Counted from the first letter of the stretch, positions 1-9,917 are shown. The stretch is 53,812 bases of DNA from Anaerolineae bacterium (GCA_963578565.1 CAUZCX010000003.1:1-53812); one strand, 5' to 3'. The notes: generated by a model not told the origin, from the letters alone. A program made the numbers and translations.

Positions 1-1978
1 CAGTCTGGCCTACCCCGGACAGCGCAATATGGGTCAAGATCACGCGCGTTTGCTCCGGTGTATTGCGTGCCAGCGCGATGGCCACACTTACAGCCAACCG
101 ACCATTCGGGCCGCCCGCCACCGGCACCAGAATTGACCGTAGTTGTTCATAAGGTCGATGCCGCACAATGGCAATGTCGGTGGGTGGATTAGAGGCAATG
201 CGGTCAATTACCGAACCGAACATTTGGTCACGCGAACCGGTAAAGCCCGGCCATCCAAACACCACTAGATCGCTCGCGTTCTCAGAAATGGTTTTCAGGA
301 TCGCTTCGGAAACGGAGCGCCCGAGTCGTATCATCGTATGTACCGGCACATCCAGAATACGGGCCTGCTCAATAACCTTCTCCAGATACGGCCGCCGCTC
401 TCGTAGGAATAGACGACCATCATAGAGGTGCAGCTGCCGGGGTACCTTGAGTACGTGCAAAGCCAGCACCTCCCCATCATGTTCCTTTGCCAGGATGCCC
501 CCGAGCCGTCCCAGCCTCTTCGCCTGGTCCAAATCAGCCACCGGAAGCAGCACGGAGTAATCCACAGAGATAAGCGCTTCTTCGTGGAGCACCTCTTTCG
601 GACGCTCCTCCTCTTCCCGCTTGCTGAAGTATCCCCAATACAACAGAAGCCCGACTGCAATCCAAGTCACGCTGACCAATCCTACCCGATCCATTTTAAT
701 TGCCAGAAACACAGCCATTCCTAAGTTGATGACAATGCCCATCACCGGAATCCACGGAAAGAAGGGCACTTTATACCCTCGGATAATTTCAGGCCGGCGG
801 CGGCGCAATGTCATCACCGCAATGTTGACCTGAGCAAACAGAAGCAGAAACATGACGTTAGCCGCCGCTGCCACCTGTTCGATGGGCAGGGCCATTCCCA
901 TCACAACAACTAGTATCGCAGACAGAAACACTGCCCAATACGGGGTGTGCAGCTTCGGATGAATGAAGCCAAAAGCGGGTGGCAAATTGTTGTCCCGCCC
1001 CATGGCAAATGACACGCGCGATGACGAGTAAATAGTGGCATTCAAAGCCGACATTGTGGATGCCAGTCCACTGATTAAAATCAGAACTCCACCCATCGGC
1101 ATGAATTGCTCGGCGGCCCGAACAATCGCCACCTCCTTGGCCTGCGCGAGGTAGTCCCAGACTGCCATACCGGGAGGCGGAACCACTGCCGCAATTACTA
1201 CAAAGCCGATCAGGACATATATGATGACTACTACAATAATCGAATAGAAGATCGCACGCGGAATATTGCGGGTTGGGTTTTTCACTTCCTCGCCGCTCTG
1301 GGCGATGATCTCGTAGCCCTCAAAGGCGATAAAGGTCATCCCCATCGCTACGAATACTCCACCTATTCCGTTAGGCAGCAGGCCCTCGGAAAAACTGTCC
1401 GTCCAATTCGGATTGCCAGCTATAGCATACAACCCGAAGCCAATAAAGATTAGCAGGATGATTACTTTCGCACTAGTAACCACGTTACCCACCAAGCCTG
1501 CTTCACTGGCACCTCGAGAGTTGATGTAAGCGAATATCGCGATAACGACAACCATCAACACTAGGGCAAGTTGATGCTCGCTGAAGGGAGAGGGGATCCC
1601 CGTTAGTATCCACAACTCAACGGCCATTCTACCGAATCCCAACCCGTACAAAGAGCAAGCAACGATATAAGCAAACCAATTCATCCATCCAGCGAGGAAA
1701 CCCTGGGTGCCGCCCATGCCCTCTTTCACCCACCGATATCCCGCACCAGCAGCGGGCAAGCATGACCCCAGCTCTGCATACGACAGCGCGGTGAATGTTG
1801 TCACTATTCCATTAAGCAGGAACGCGACGACCAACAGCGGCCCCGCGTGGCCAGCCGCAATGCCGATCAGTACAAAGATGCCGGCGCCAATCATTGCGCC
1901 GATGCCAATCATGGTAATATCGAACAGGCCGAGCGTACGACTCAGGGTGATTTCTGCAGCGTTTTTTCGGTCATTCAT
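1..1978 (-). CDS. APC-family amino acid permease with C-terminal universal stress protein (USP)-like domains; 3' end runs off the window
   Basis: Manual translation from ATG 1978 (GGAGAG RBS upstream): MNDRKNAAEITLSRTLGLFDITMIGIGAMIGAGIFVL, the APC TM1 signature, followed by many TM helices. Near the window edge the reading is FGSVIDRIASNPPTDIAIVRH..RSILVPVAGGPNGRLAV (USP-like). Missing from the ORF track because it has no stop inside the window. Confidence 0.88.
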   Translation of the reverse strand, partial: MNDRKNAAEITLSRTLGLFDITMIGIGAMIGAGIFVLIGIAAGHAGPLLVVAFLLNGIVTTFTALSYAELGSCLPAAGAGYRWVKEGMGGTQGFLAGWMNWFAYIVACSLYGLGFGRMAVELWILTGIPSPFSEHQLALVLMVVVIAIFAYINSRGASEAGLVGNVVTSAKVIILLIFIGFGLYAIAGNPNWTDSFSEGLLPNGIGGVFVAMGMTFIAFEGYEIIAQSGEEVKNPTRNIPRAIFYSIIVVVIIYVLIGFVVIAAVVPPPGMAVWDYLAQAKEVAIVRAAEQFMPMGGVLILISGLASTMSALNATIYSSSRVSFAMGRDNNLPPAFGFIHPKLHTPYWAVFLSAILVVVMGMALPIEQVAAAANVMFLLLFAQVNIAVMTLRRRRPEIIRGYKVPFFPWIPVMGIVINLGMAVFLAIKMDRVGLVSVTWIAVGLLLYWGYFSKREEEERPKEVLHEEALISVDYSVLLPVADLDQAKRLGRLGGILAKEHDGEVLALHVLKVPRQLHLYDGRLFLRERRPYLEKVIEQARILDVPVHTMIRLGRSVSEAILKTISENASDLVVFGWPGFTGSRDQMFGSVIDRIASNPPTDIAIVRHRPYEQLRSILVPVAGGPNGRLAVSVAIALARNTPEQTRVILTHIALSGVGQT

Positions 1979-2259
1979 GATGCACTCTCCGGTTCAGTGC
2001 TCAGACAAAAGCATATCCTTAACGGGCAAGTACAAATAGATTAATATTAGCACAATTGGGAAAACTAGAAAACAAACTGTCGCGCCGCACAGTGCCGTTG
2101 ATTCCGCTTCATATGATCAGGATAGACACAGCCAGATTATGGCGCAGTGAATCGGGCGCTTCCGACGAGTGATTTGTGACATGCTACGGATCTGGTTATC
2201 CTGTCATTGAACCTGACGGGTGATCTAAGCGACAGGCATATGTGGCCGGAGGAGCGTGT

Positions 2260-4023
2260 TCAGCGCTGCAGTTCAGTCGCTATCAAGTTGTCCCATTCTA
2301 GCTGCAGCTGATGCGATTCTACCGAGCGTGCGAACACCCCGAACTCGCCCGAGGTGACTTCATCCAGTCCCTCCACAAAGAGGCGATCAACATACGTGCC
2401 GTTAACGTACAGGCTGAATCCGTCCCGTTGCAACAGTACTCCCAACCGGTACACACCCGGACCGTCGGGCACAGCATCGGAAGCAGCCACGCGCAAATCT
2501 TCGTAAATGTCATTTTGCTGGCGCACCAACCGGTAGTTGCCCTCGCAGGTGATTGTGGCCGCATAATAATCCGGAAGCCTGGCCTTGAAAATCAGTCCAT
2601 AATAATCTTTACCTGTGCAAGCTTCCACGATTACATCGCCTTCATAGAGGAAATCGCGTTCGACCAGATGAAATGCGGGACCGGTAGAGTAAAACAGTTT
2701 CCCGCGCTGCTTCATGCTAAGTCGTAGTACGCCGTTAACAATGCCGGAATCCCAGAATTCGTTCCGGTCATAGCCCCACGGAAACTGTGTCGGCTCAAAA
2801 TCCTCCATCCATAGCACAGATACCGGCATCACAGTTGGGTCAAGGTCACTCACACTTTGCGGAATCGCAATCTCCCGAGTCGCGGCGGGCGGAGAGGTTA
2901 CGCTGGGGGCGATTGTCGGTTTGGGTGTTGTGGACGGCGGATGCAAGGTTGCTGCAGGAGATATCTTAGTGGCGGCGAGCAAACTGGTTGCGCTGTCGGC
3001 CAGGGCGAAAACAGTGCTGGTAGGCTCAGTTCCGCTCTGAGTGCTAGTCGCAGAGGGTGCAACATGCGTGGGGGCGATTGCTGGATCTGTTGCTCGCGAA
3101 GAGAATATAGACTGCGTAATTGCATCACCGAACCATCCATAAGCCTGCAAAACGCTCATTACTAGCGCTGCAATCACCGCCGCACCCAATAAACGCCTCC
3201 GGTTTCGTCGGGGACGCATGCCGAATTCGATTTCCACGGTTTTCCAGTCTCGGCGCAATTCTCTGGTAACAAGACGCGTCGCCTGGAATACCTCCCCTTC
3301 CAAGATTTCCGGGGCAATACGAACCGGAGCTTTGCCATCCACAATTCGCGGCCCGAAAAGCTCCTGAACCGTCTCAACTTCCAGTGGGTCGGCTTGTACC
3401 ACAGTTCTATCCGCGTCAGCCGTGGACAGAACATCCTCCTCGTCAAAGGAAGGCATTGAGTCAATTTCAAAAGCCTGTACCACCGCACCCTTTTCCTCAG
3501 CTTGTACGTATTCTTCTTGCCTCGACTGGAGTACTGGGATGGAATGCGCTGCACGCGGGACACGCCAATGCTGGCGGAGAGCCACGTAAAGCTTCGGACC
3601 CACACCCCTGACACGCTGCAGTTCTGCCAGCCGGATATACGGCCTTCCAGCCACAATTGCCTCAGCGAGAGTCCCTCCGACACCGGGTAGTGCGGATAAT
3701 TCCTGCATTGTGGCTCTATTGAGATCCAGCTTCGCGGATGGTGTATCCGCTGGTGGAACGGCCTCACTCTCGGGCGCGGCCGCAATGGCCAACCCGATCT
3801 GCGATACGCTGACATGCGTCTTGAGAACAAAGAACAGTTTTTCCCCAATCCCTGGGACATGCCTAAGATCGGAGAGCCGGCGATAGGGACGCCCGGCCAT
3901 GATAGCGCTAGCAATCCCAGGGCCCACCTGTGGCAGCCGCAGCAGCTCGGTAAAAGGGGCAGTGTTTAAATCAGCTTTATGAGAACGAGACACCATCATC
4001 AGGTCACGGCGCAGGGAATACAC
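2260..4023 (-). CDS. Membrane protein with two N-terminal ComEA-like (HhH)2 repeats, one TM helix, a Pro/Thr/Ser linker and a C-terminal beta-rich domain (DUF1080/ConA-like by eye)
   Basis: Repeats DLNTAPFTELLRLPQVGPGIASAIMAGRPY..VPGIGEK and DLNRATMQELSALPGVGGTLAEAIVAGRPY..VRGVGPK; RPRRNRRR followed by hydrophobic LLGAAVIAALVMSVLQAYGWF; C-terminal WMEDFE..YYGLIF..YRLGV..FSLYVNG..GEFGVF..WDNL. Start may be GTG 4023 or ATG 3999. Confidence 0.8.
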   Translation of the reverse strand: MYSLRRDLMMVSRSHKADLNTAPFTELLRLPQVGPGIASAIMAGRPYRRLSDLRHVPGIGEKLFFVLKTHVSVSQIGLAIAAAPESEAVPPADTPSAKLDLNRATMQELSALPGVGGTLAEAIVAGRPYIRLAELQRVRGVGPKLYVALRQHWRVPRAAHSIPVLQSRQEEYVQAEEKGAVVQAFEIDSMPSFDEEDVLSTADADRTVVQADPLEVETVQELFGPRIVDGKAPVRIAPEILEGEVFQATRLVTRELRRDWKTVEIEFGMRPRRNRRRLLGAAVIAALVMSVLQAYGWFGDAITQSIFSSRATDPAIAPTHVAPSATSTQSGTEPTSTVFALADSATSLLAATKISPAATLHPPSTTPKPTIAPSVTSPPAATREIAIPQSVSDLDPTVMPVSVLWMEDFEPTQFPWGYDRNEFWDSGIVNGVLRLSMKQRGKLFYSTGPAFHLVERDFLYEGDVIVEACTGKDYYGLIFKARLPDYYAATITCEGNYRLVRQQNDIYEDLRVAASDAVPDGPGVYRLGVLLQRDGFSLYVNGTYVDRLFVEGLDEVTSGEFGVFARSVESHQLQLEWDNLIATELQR

Positions 4024-5097
4024 TCATGGCAGCAATCCACCTACCCGCACAGAACCAGAAAAAAACAAGAGCAGCATACCAGCGATCAGGGCAAACGCCA
4101 GCACCCAGCCGGAGATAAACAGGGGCATGCGCCGGCGGATCTCCTGCGCGACTGCAGCCTCGTACGCCACCAGTGACATTACCGAGTCGCGCACTTGCGG
4201 TAAGCCCGACGCGTTTTCAAAATAGGAGGGTTCGAAATCATCCTCCGTGAACCAGTGCTCGTCCTCCACGAACTCTGCTTCGACTGCTGTTGGGGGCATG
4301 GAATGGAGTTCACATGCCTGGCGCAAACGCGCCAACACGCCCATACCAACTCCTTTCAGCTCCAGCAGCTCCTCCCAGTGCGTATAGGGTCGCCCCAAAA
4401 TGATGCGCATCGCCAGCTCCGGACCAACGCTGCGCAGTCGCTGCATCTCCTGCGGACTACATGTGTTCAAGTCCGGGCGCTCAGACGGAGCTCGTGCGCG
4501 AACCGACAATCGTGTACGTAACGGCGAGAAAATGGCCGGGCCGATGCCCTTGACCTCGAGGAGAGAATCAACATCTACAAACGGACGAGCCAACACGATT
4601 CTGCGCGCCAGCGCCGGGCCAACGCGTGGCAGCCCACACAGGGAGGCTTCATCACATGAATTCAGATCGAGAAGCTCTACATCCGGTGAGACCTGTGCCG
4701 GGTGCTCAAACGAATGTCGGTCATCAACATCAGCGCGCTGGCGCAGCGTGAGCATCACTGCCTGACTGATGCCTTTTACTCCATACAGCTCATCCAATGT
4801 GGAGTACGGGCGCGCGGCGATGATGCGCCGCGCCAGAATTGCACCCAAGCCGGGGAGCCCCTGCAATGCCTCTGGTGCACACGTATTAATGTTGATGGGT
4901 GATGGAGGGACTACCCGCGCAACCGCGGCAAGATCGCGCAGGGTCTTCCTGCCGAATCCCGGCAGCATGCGCAACTCAGTGTCTTCCCAGAATGGGCGCG
5001 CATTTACTAGTACCTCCACCTTGCGAATATCTAGCGCCGTCTCTCGAAGCAGCGTTGTAGGGTCGGCTGAATTCAGGTCGATGTGGCGGCCATCCAT
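4024..5097 (-). CDS. Protein with four tandem ComEA-like (HhH)2 repeats, an acidic linker and a C-terminal TM anchor
   Basis: Four repeats beginning IDLNSA, ININTC, LDLNSC and PDLNTC, each with an RP(F/Y) motif and a VKGIG-like second hairpin; the LPGxG-type first hairpin is degenerate in repeat 1. Then IRRR and hydrophobic MPLFISGWVLAFALIAGMLLLFF. ATG 5097 preferred over GTG 5106 because an extended -10 lies at 5107-5115. Confidence 0.85.
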   Translation of the reverse strand: MDGRHIDLNSADPTTLLRETALDIRKVEVLVNARPFWEDTELRMLPGFGRKTLRDLAAVARVVPPSPININTCAPEALQGLPGLGAILARRIIAARPYSTLDELYGVKGISQAVMLTLRQRADVDDRHSFEHPAQVSPDVELLDLNSCDEASLCGLPRVGPALARRIVLARPFVDVDSLLEVKGIGPAIFSPLRTRLSVRARAPSERPDLNTCSPQEMQRLRSVGPELAMRIILGRPYTHWEELLELKGVGMGVLARLRQACELHSMPPTAVEAEFVEDEHWFTEDDFEPSYFENASGLPQVRDSVMSLVAYEAAVAQEIRRRMPLFISGWVLAFALIAGMLLLFFSGSVRVGGLLP

Positions 5098-5106
5098 GGC
5101 ACGCAC

Positions 5107-5115
5107 ATTTTAGCA
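5107..5115 (-). promoter_or_regulatory. Extended -10 element (TGcTAAAAT) for the HhH gene pair
   Basis: Minus strand TGCTAAAAT ends 9 nt before ATG 5097; no obvious SD sequence. Confidence 0.45.
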
Positions 5116-5257
5116 TAACGGCAGAAAGGGCAGGCGTTAACCGCCCGAATTTATATCACGGCAAGGGAGGGATTGCTGTGCTTATGGATTTTCTAGGGAA
5201 CTTGAGAAACAGCCCGGCGACCACCATCCGAGCATAAACTAGGGATATTCCCAATGT

Positions 5258-5578
5258 TTAGAACTGAAAATGCCGCCGCAGTGGCACCACCCGGCAGCGG
5301 TAGTTGCTCACAAATTCCTGAAGCCGTTCTTCGAGCGCGTAGAATTCCGCGCTCTCCAACACCTCGTTGGCGGTATCCTCGCCTTCCGCCACAAACGTAA
5401 CTAACCTGATGGGATAATCACCCGCAGCAGTGTGCCAAGCCTCCACCATAGAGAGCCCAAGTTTGTCCAGTGTAGGCACCATTTTCTTGAGCATAAATTT
5501 ATAATAACCCTCCGCAGAATGCGGATTGATATCATAAGTCAGTAAAACTTTAACGTAATCTTCCAGGCCCTCTGGCAT
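5258..5578 (-). CDS. Small hypothetical protein, NIPSNAP/dimeric alpha-beta barrel-like
   Basis: VKVLLTYDINP..YYKFM..MVPTLDKLGLSMVEAWHTAAGDYP..EFYALEERLQEFVSNYRCRVV; ATG 5578 with upstream GCAGGCGG and TGaTATAAT at 5610-5618. Confidence 0.6.
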   Translation of the reverse strand: MPEGLEDYVKVLLTYDINPHSAEGYYKFMLKKMVPTLDKLGLSMVEAWHTAAGDYPIRLVTFVAEGEDTANEVLESAEFYALEERLQEFVSNYRCRVVPLRRHFQF

Positions 5579-5649
5579 CACGCACCGCCTGCAACGGGAA
5601 CCGACTGAAATTATATCATCCGCAAAGCATTCCACTGATACAATTAGGT

Positions 5650-6944
5650 ATCGCCTCCGATCCGCCGCCACCTCTGTTCGACGTGCACCGCGTCCGCGCT
5701 AGATTCCCCGCCCTTGCCATCACGGACAATGGCGGGGCGCGAATTTATCTGGATAACCCCGGAGGCACGCAGCTGCAGCTGCCACGATCTGCTCTGGAGC
5801 GCATGCAACATTACCTGCTGCGTCAAAACTCCAACCGCGGCGGCGTCTTCCGTACCTCTGTGGAAACCGATCGGCTGCTAAGTGAATCGCGCCGTGCCAT
5901 GGCGGACTTTCTCAACGCTCATTCCGAGTGTGAAATAGTCTTTGGCGCGAACATGACCAGCCTGACATTCACGCTCTCGCGCGCCATGAAGCACTCGCTG
6001 AATCCCGATGATGAGATTAGAGTCTCCCGGTTAGACCACGATGGAAACATAGCACCCTGGCTGCGCCTTGCGGCAGACGCCGGCGCGCGTATCCGCTGGC
6101 TGGATTTCAACCCAACGGATTGCACGCTCAACATGGATGAACTTAAAGAATTGCTAAGCGACAAGACTCCTGACGATTGGTTGCGCGTCAAACGCCGTGG
6201 GAACCATAAGCCCGGTGCAGCAGATGGCGGCTCTGGCACACTCCGTCGACGCGATGGTCTTCGTGGACGCGGTGCAGTACGTTCCCCATGCCCCTGTGGA
6301 TGTGCAAACACTAGGCGCCAATTTCCTGATCTGCACCCTACAGTTTCTTCGGGCCGCATCAGGGCGTGCTCTGGGGGCACTACGATCTACTCGACCGGCT
6401 GCCCGCCTACAAAGTGCGTCCATCGGGAGAGCGACCGCCAAACAAATTTGAGGCCGGCACCCAGAATCACGAGGGGCAGGCGGGAACCTTGGGCGCGCTC
6501 GAACATCTAGCCTGGGTCGGCAGCCAGTTTGGGACCGAGTTTAACGGTCAGTTCCCTGAGTTCACACAAAGGAAACTAAAGCTGGACAGCGGCATGTCTG
6601 CTATCCAGGCTTACGAAATGACACTCAGCGCGCACCTTATCGACGGACTCCAGCAAATTCCTGGTGTAAGATTCTGGGGGATCACAGATAAGCAGCGGCT
6701 TGACGAGCGCGTACCAACCATAGCTTTCACCATGACGGGGCACGCCCCTCGGGAAATCGCCGAACGCCTGGCAGAGCATAATGTCTTTGTCTGGGATGGG
6801 CATTATTACGCCGTAGAAGTGGCGGAGCGGCTTGGATTAGCGCATAGCGGAGGCATGGTGCGCGTAGGACCAGCACACTACAACACCGTTCATGAGTTGG
6901 ATAAGTTGCTTGATGTCCTAACCCGATTACAGCACGGTCAGTGA
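5650..6944 (+). pseudogene. Cysteine desulfurase-like protein (class V PLP aminotransferase, VC1184-like), disrupted by two frameshifts
   Basis: Homologous segments lie in three frames: IYLDNPGGTQ..IVFGANMTSL..LDHDGNIAPW (5683 frame); ASNAVGTISPV..FVDAVQYVPH (6197 frame); FFGPHQGVLWG..FEAGTQNHEG..WDGHYYA..GMVRVGPAHYNT (6366 frame). Shifts near 6170 and 6335. Confidence 0.8.
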
Positions 6945-6968
6945 ATTCCATCCCGCCACTTTGACGAA

Positions 6969-7041
6969 TACCCCGGGAGGGACTTGAACCCCCAACCTAG
7001 GCTTTAGGAGAGCCTCGCTCTTCCATTTGAGCTACCGGGGC
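6969..7041 (-). tRNA. tRNA-Arg(CCT)
   Basis: GCCCCGGTAGCTCAAATGGAAGAGCGAGGCTCTCCTAAAGCCTAGGTTGGGGGTTCAAGTCCCTCCCGGGGTA folds as a cloverleaf; anticodon stem AGGCT/AGCCT with loop CT-CCT-AA; A20 arginine identity element; G1-U72 pair; CCA not encoded. Confidence 0.95.
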
Positions 7042-7104
7042 ATAAAACTGCAACCCGGCCAGAGCCAACCGGAGAGTGAAATTAACTAGGCCGTAGCGTT
7101 GAGT

Positions 7105-7113
7105 ATTATAGCA
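7105..7113 (-). promoter_or_regulatory. Extended -10 (TGcTATAAT), likely the tRNA-Arg promoter
   Basis: Perfect TGnTATAAT about 60 nt upstream of the tRNA 5' end. Confidence 0.55.
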
Positions 7114-7327
7114 CCCAGGCTACCTATTCCCATACGGGGCATCCTTCTGATTGTCGTTGACACCATCTCATGACTATTACACGTTATACACTCGCGTGGC
7201 CATAGCAACCGCAAGTTGATTATCTACCAGTTGTCTCCGTTACAAAGCAGCAACATAAATACAATGACAAGCAAATATAGCGCAACAGAAACATGTAACC
7301 TCGTGTTTACATACATATGGCTTGAGT

Positions 7328-8086
7328 TCAGTCTGCACTACGCCCGATCATACCTACAACCTTACGGCTGAGCCAAGCTAGCGGATCGTAATACCGATCA
7401 GCAACTCGTTCCTTAAGTGGGATGATTGCGTTGTCGGTGATACTAATGTGCTCAGGGCATACATCGGTGCAGCAACGCGTGATGTTGCAGAAGCCGGAAC
7501 CTAGCTGTTCCCGGATTGCAGGAACCCGATCCTCGACGTCCAAGGGGTGCAAAGCCAAGCTGGCAGCGCGAAGCAAGTAACGTGGGCCGACGAATCTGTC
7601 CATACGATCCTGGTCACGTAGCACATGACACACATCCTGACAAAGGTAGCACTCAATGCACTTACGGAACTCTTGAACCCGATCTACGTCCTCCTGCATC
7701 ATTCGGTACCGACCATCCGAGCCAGCGGGACGGGGCCTGAAGGGGGTGATCCGTAGGTTCTGTTCATAGTTCCATGACACGTCACAGACCAGGTCTTTGA
7801 TCACGGGAAATGTCTTCAAAGGCTGGACGGTGACAACATCATGCTGCGAATAATTGTTCATACGAGTCATACACGCAAGTTTAGGGATTCCGTTGATCTC
7901 CATACCACATGAGCCGCATTTGCCAGCCTTACAGTTCCAGCGCACCGCCATATCGCCTGCTTGCTTGGTTTGGATACGATGTAGAACGTCAAGCACAACC
8001 ATGCCATCATCGACTTCAGTTTTATAGTCGACGAACTCACCTCCCGAAGAATCACCTCTCCAGATCCGGAAAATATGCTCAGACAT
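7328..8086 (-). CDS. sdhB: Succinate dehydrogenase/fumarate reductase iron-sulfur subunit
   Basis: NCKAGKCGSCG..LAC (2Fe-2S), CIECYLCQDVC, CNITRCCTDVCP; start ATG 8086 (MSEHIFRIWRG) overlaps the sdhA stop. Confidence 0.95.
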   Translation of the reverse strand: MSEHIFRIWRGDSSGGEFVDYKTEVDDGMVVLDVLHRIQTKQAGDMAVRWNCKAGKCGSCGMEINGIPKLACMTRMNNYSQHDVVTVQPLKTFPVIKDLVCDVSWNYEQNLRITPFRPRPAGSDGRYRMMQEDVDRVQEFRKCIECYLCQDVCHVLRDQDRMDRFVGPRYLLRAASLALHPLDVEDRVPAIREQLGSGFCNITRCCTDVCPEHISITDNAIIPLKERVADRYYDPLAWLSRKVVGMIGRSAD

Positions 8087-9917
8087 GTATCCCGCCCTCC
8101 AAAGAATCAAGACTAGAGTAGGCGATTGACGCAAGATAGTCAGGTGGTGTCCCGCGTTCCACTTTGCTAACGCCCATGGAACCATCAGATTTCTTGCGAA
8201 CCACCACATTCACCTTGCCCCATTCATCGCGCTCGCCCTCAAAATCAAGGCGTGTGTGGGCACCGCGACTTTCCTGACGTACCAGCGCGGCATGCGCGAC
8301 AGCCTCCGCAACAACTATCATCGACCGCAAAGAAAGAGCCTCATGCCATGCTGGGTTATATTGACTCGCACCAGACACTCGGACACGACTTGCTTTTTCC
8401 TTTAGTTTATTAAGCTCTACGATGGCTCGCTCAAGACCATCCTCGGTGCGTACTATATTGCAGTCCTTGTTCATGATGGACTGAAGTTCTTCATGTACCA
8501 AGTAAGGATTCGCGCCATCATCACGGTTTAATGGTACGACCGCATCGCGACGCGCCTGCTCAATCTGTTCAGGTAATACCTGCGGGCTGTCCGCCAATCC
8601 GCTCACATATACGCCCACGCCCCTACCAGCCAGACATCCAAACACAAGTAGATCGCTCAGAGAGTTGCCACCCAGACGATTTGCGCCATGCATACCGCCG
8701 GTGCACTCACCGCACGCGAACAGACCTGACACGGTGGTCATCTGCGTCTCTCCATCCACGGCAATACCGCCCATCATGTAGTGAAGCGTCGGACCGACCT
8801 CCATTCTCTCCTTAGTGATATCCACCTCCGCAAGTTCCCTAAATTGATGGTACATACTCGGGAGCTTGCGCTTGATGAGTTCAGCATCTCTCTGGCCCGC
8901 GATGTCTAGGAACGCACCACCATGCGGAGATCCCCGACCTTCAGCCACCTCTTCCAGAATGGCCTTGGCAACCACGTCGCGTGTTAGCAGCTCTGGAGGT
9001 CTCCGAGCACTCTTGTCTCCCTCCAACCAACGCTGCGCTTCCTCCGGGGACGCCGCAGTCTCTTCTCTGAAACGATCCGGAGTGTAGCGAAACATGAACC
9101 TCTCTCCCTCACTGTTAAGCAGGATTCCACCCTCACCACGTACCCCCTCAGTAACCAAGATACCTCGAACGCTTAATGGCCAGACCATTCCTGTAGGGTG
9201 AAACTGGGTAAACTCCATATCTATCAACTCAGCACCGGACGTATAGGCCATTTCCATACCATCCCCGGTGTACTCCCAGGAATTGCTGGTAATCCGCCAG
9301 CACTTCCCAGCGCCTCCGGTCGATAGCACAACTGCCTTCGCCTTGAAGGCTACAAATCTTCCGGAATCCAGCCAATACCCGAACACACCACTGATTCGGT
9401 CAGAGTCCTTCAGCAGCCTGAGCGCAGTACACTCCTGATAAACATGAATCCCCTGATGTACGCCATGATCCTGAAGAGTGCGGAGGATCTCCAGACCGGT
9501 GCGGTCACCTGTGTGCGCAAGCCGCGAGTAGCGATGTCCGCCAAACGGACGTTGGTTTATATACCCGTCAGCGTTACGATCAAACACCGCGCCCCATTCC
9601 TCGAGCTCCCGAATGCGCTCAGCGGAATGAAGCGCGTGCAGCTCAGCCATGCGCCAATGGTTCAGGAACTTGCCGCCACGAATAGTGTCTCTAAAATGTA
9701 CCTTCCAGTTGTCACGCGGATCGGTATGACCTAATGCAGCGGCAGCGCCACCCTCCGCCATGACAGTGTGCGCCTTTCCTAGCAAAGACTTGCATACCAC
9801 CGCAGTGTCAAGACCCTGAGCCGAGCATTCTATAGCTGCCCGAAGCCCAGCTCCACCTGCGCCGACAATCACCACGTCATGCTCAAATGTCTGGATTTGA
9901 GCAGTATCAGTGTTCAC
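8079..9917 (-). CDS. sdhA: Succinate dehydrogenase/fumarate reductase flavoprotein subunit
   Basis: GAGGAG dinucleotide fold, AHTVMAEGG covalent-FAD His, QFHPT, TEGVRGEGG, HYMMGG, HGANRLGGNSL, RQESRGAH. Confidence 0.96.
   Translation of the reverse strand: MNTDTAQIQTFEHDVVIVGAGGAGLRAAIECSAQGLDTAVVCKSLLGKAHTVMAEGGAAAALGHTDPRDNWKVHFRDTIRGGKFLNHWRMAELHALHSAERIRELEEWGAVFDRNADGYINQRPFGGHRYSRLAHTGDRTGLEILRTLQDHGVHQGIHVYQECTALRLLKDSDRISGVFGYWLDSGRFVAFKAKAVVLSTGGAGKCWRITSNSWEYTGDGMEMAYTSGAELIDMEFTQFHPTGMVWPLSVRGILVTEGVRGEGGILLNSEGERFMFRYTPDRFREETAASPEEAQRWLEGDKSARRPPELLTRDVVAKAILEEVAEGRGSPHGGAFLDIAGQRDAELIKRKLPSMYHQFRELAEVDITKERMEVGPTLHYMMGGIAVDGETQMTTVSGLFACGECTGGMHGANRLGGNSLSDLLVFGCLAGRGVGVYVSGLADSPQVLPEQIEQARRDAVVPLNRDDGANPYLVHEELQSIMNKDCNIVRTEDGLERAIVELNKLKEKASRVRVSGASQYNPAWHEALSLRSMIVVAEAVAHAALVRQESRGAHTRLDFEGERDEWGKVNVVVRKKSDGSMGVSKVERGTPPDYLASIAYSSLDSLEGGIHV

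Noticed and set aside
6945-7327. tRNA-Arg as the attachment site of an integrated island
   Set aside because: No integrase and no duplicated tRNA 3' end were seen; the low-GC sdh genes lie on the tRNA 5' side
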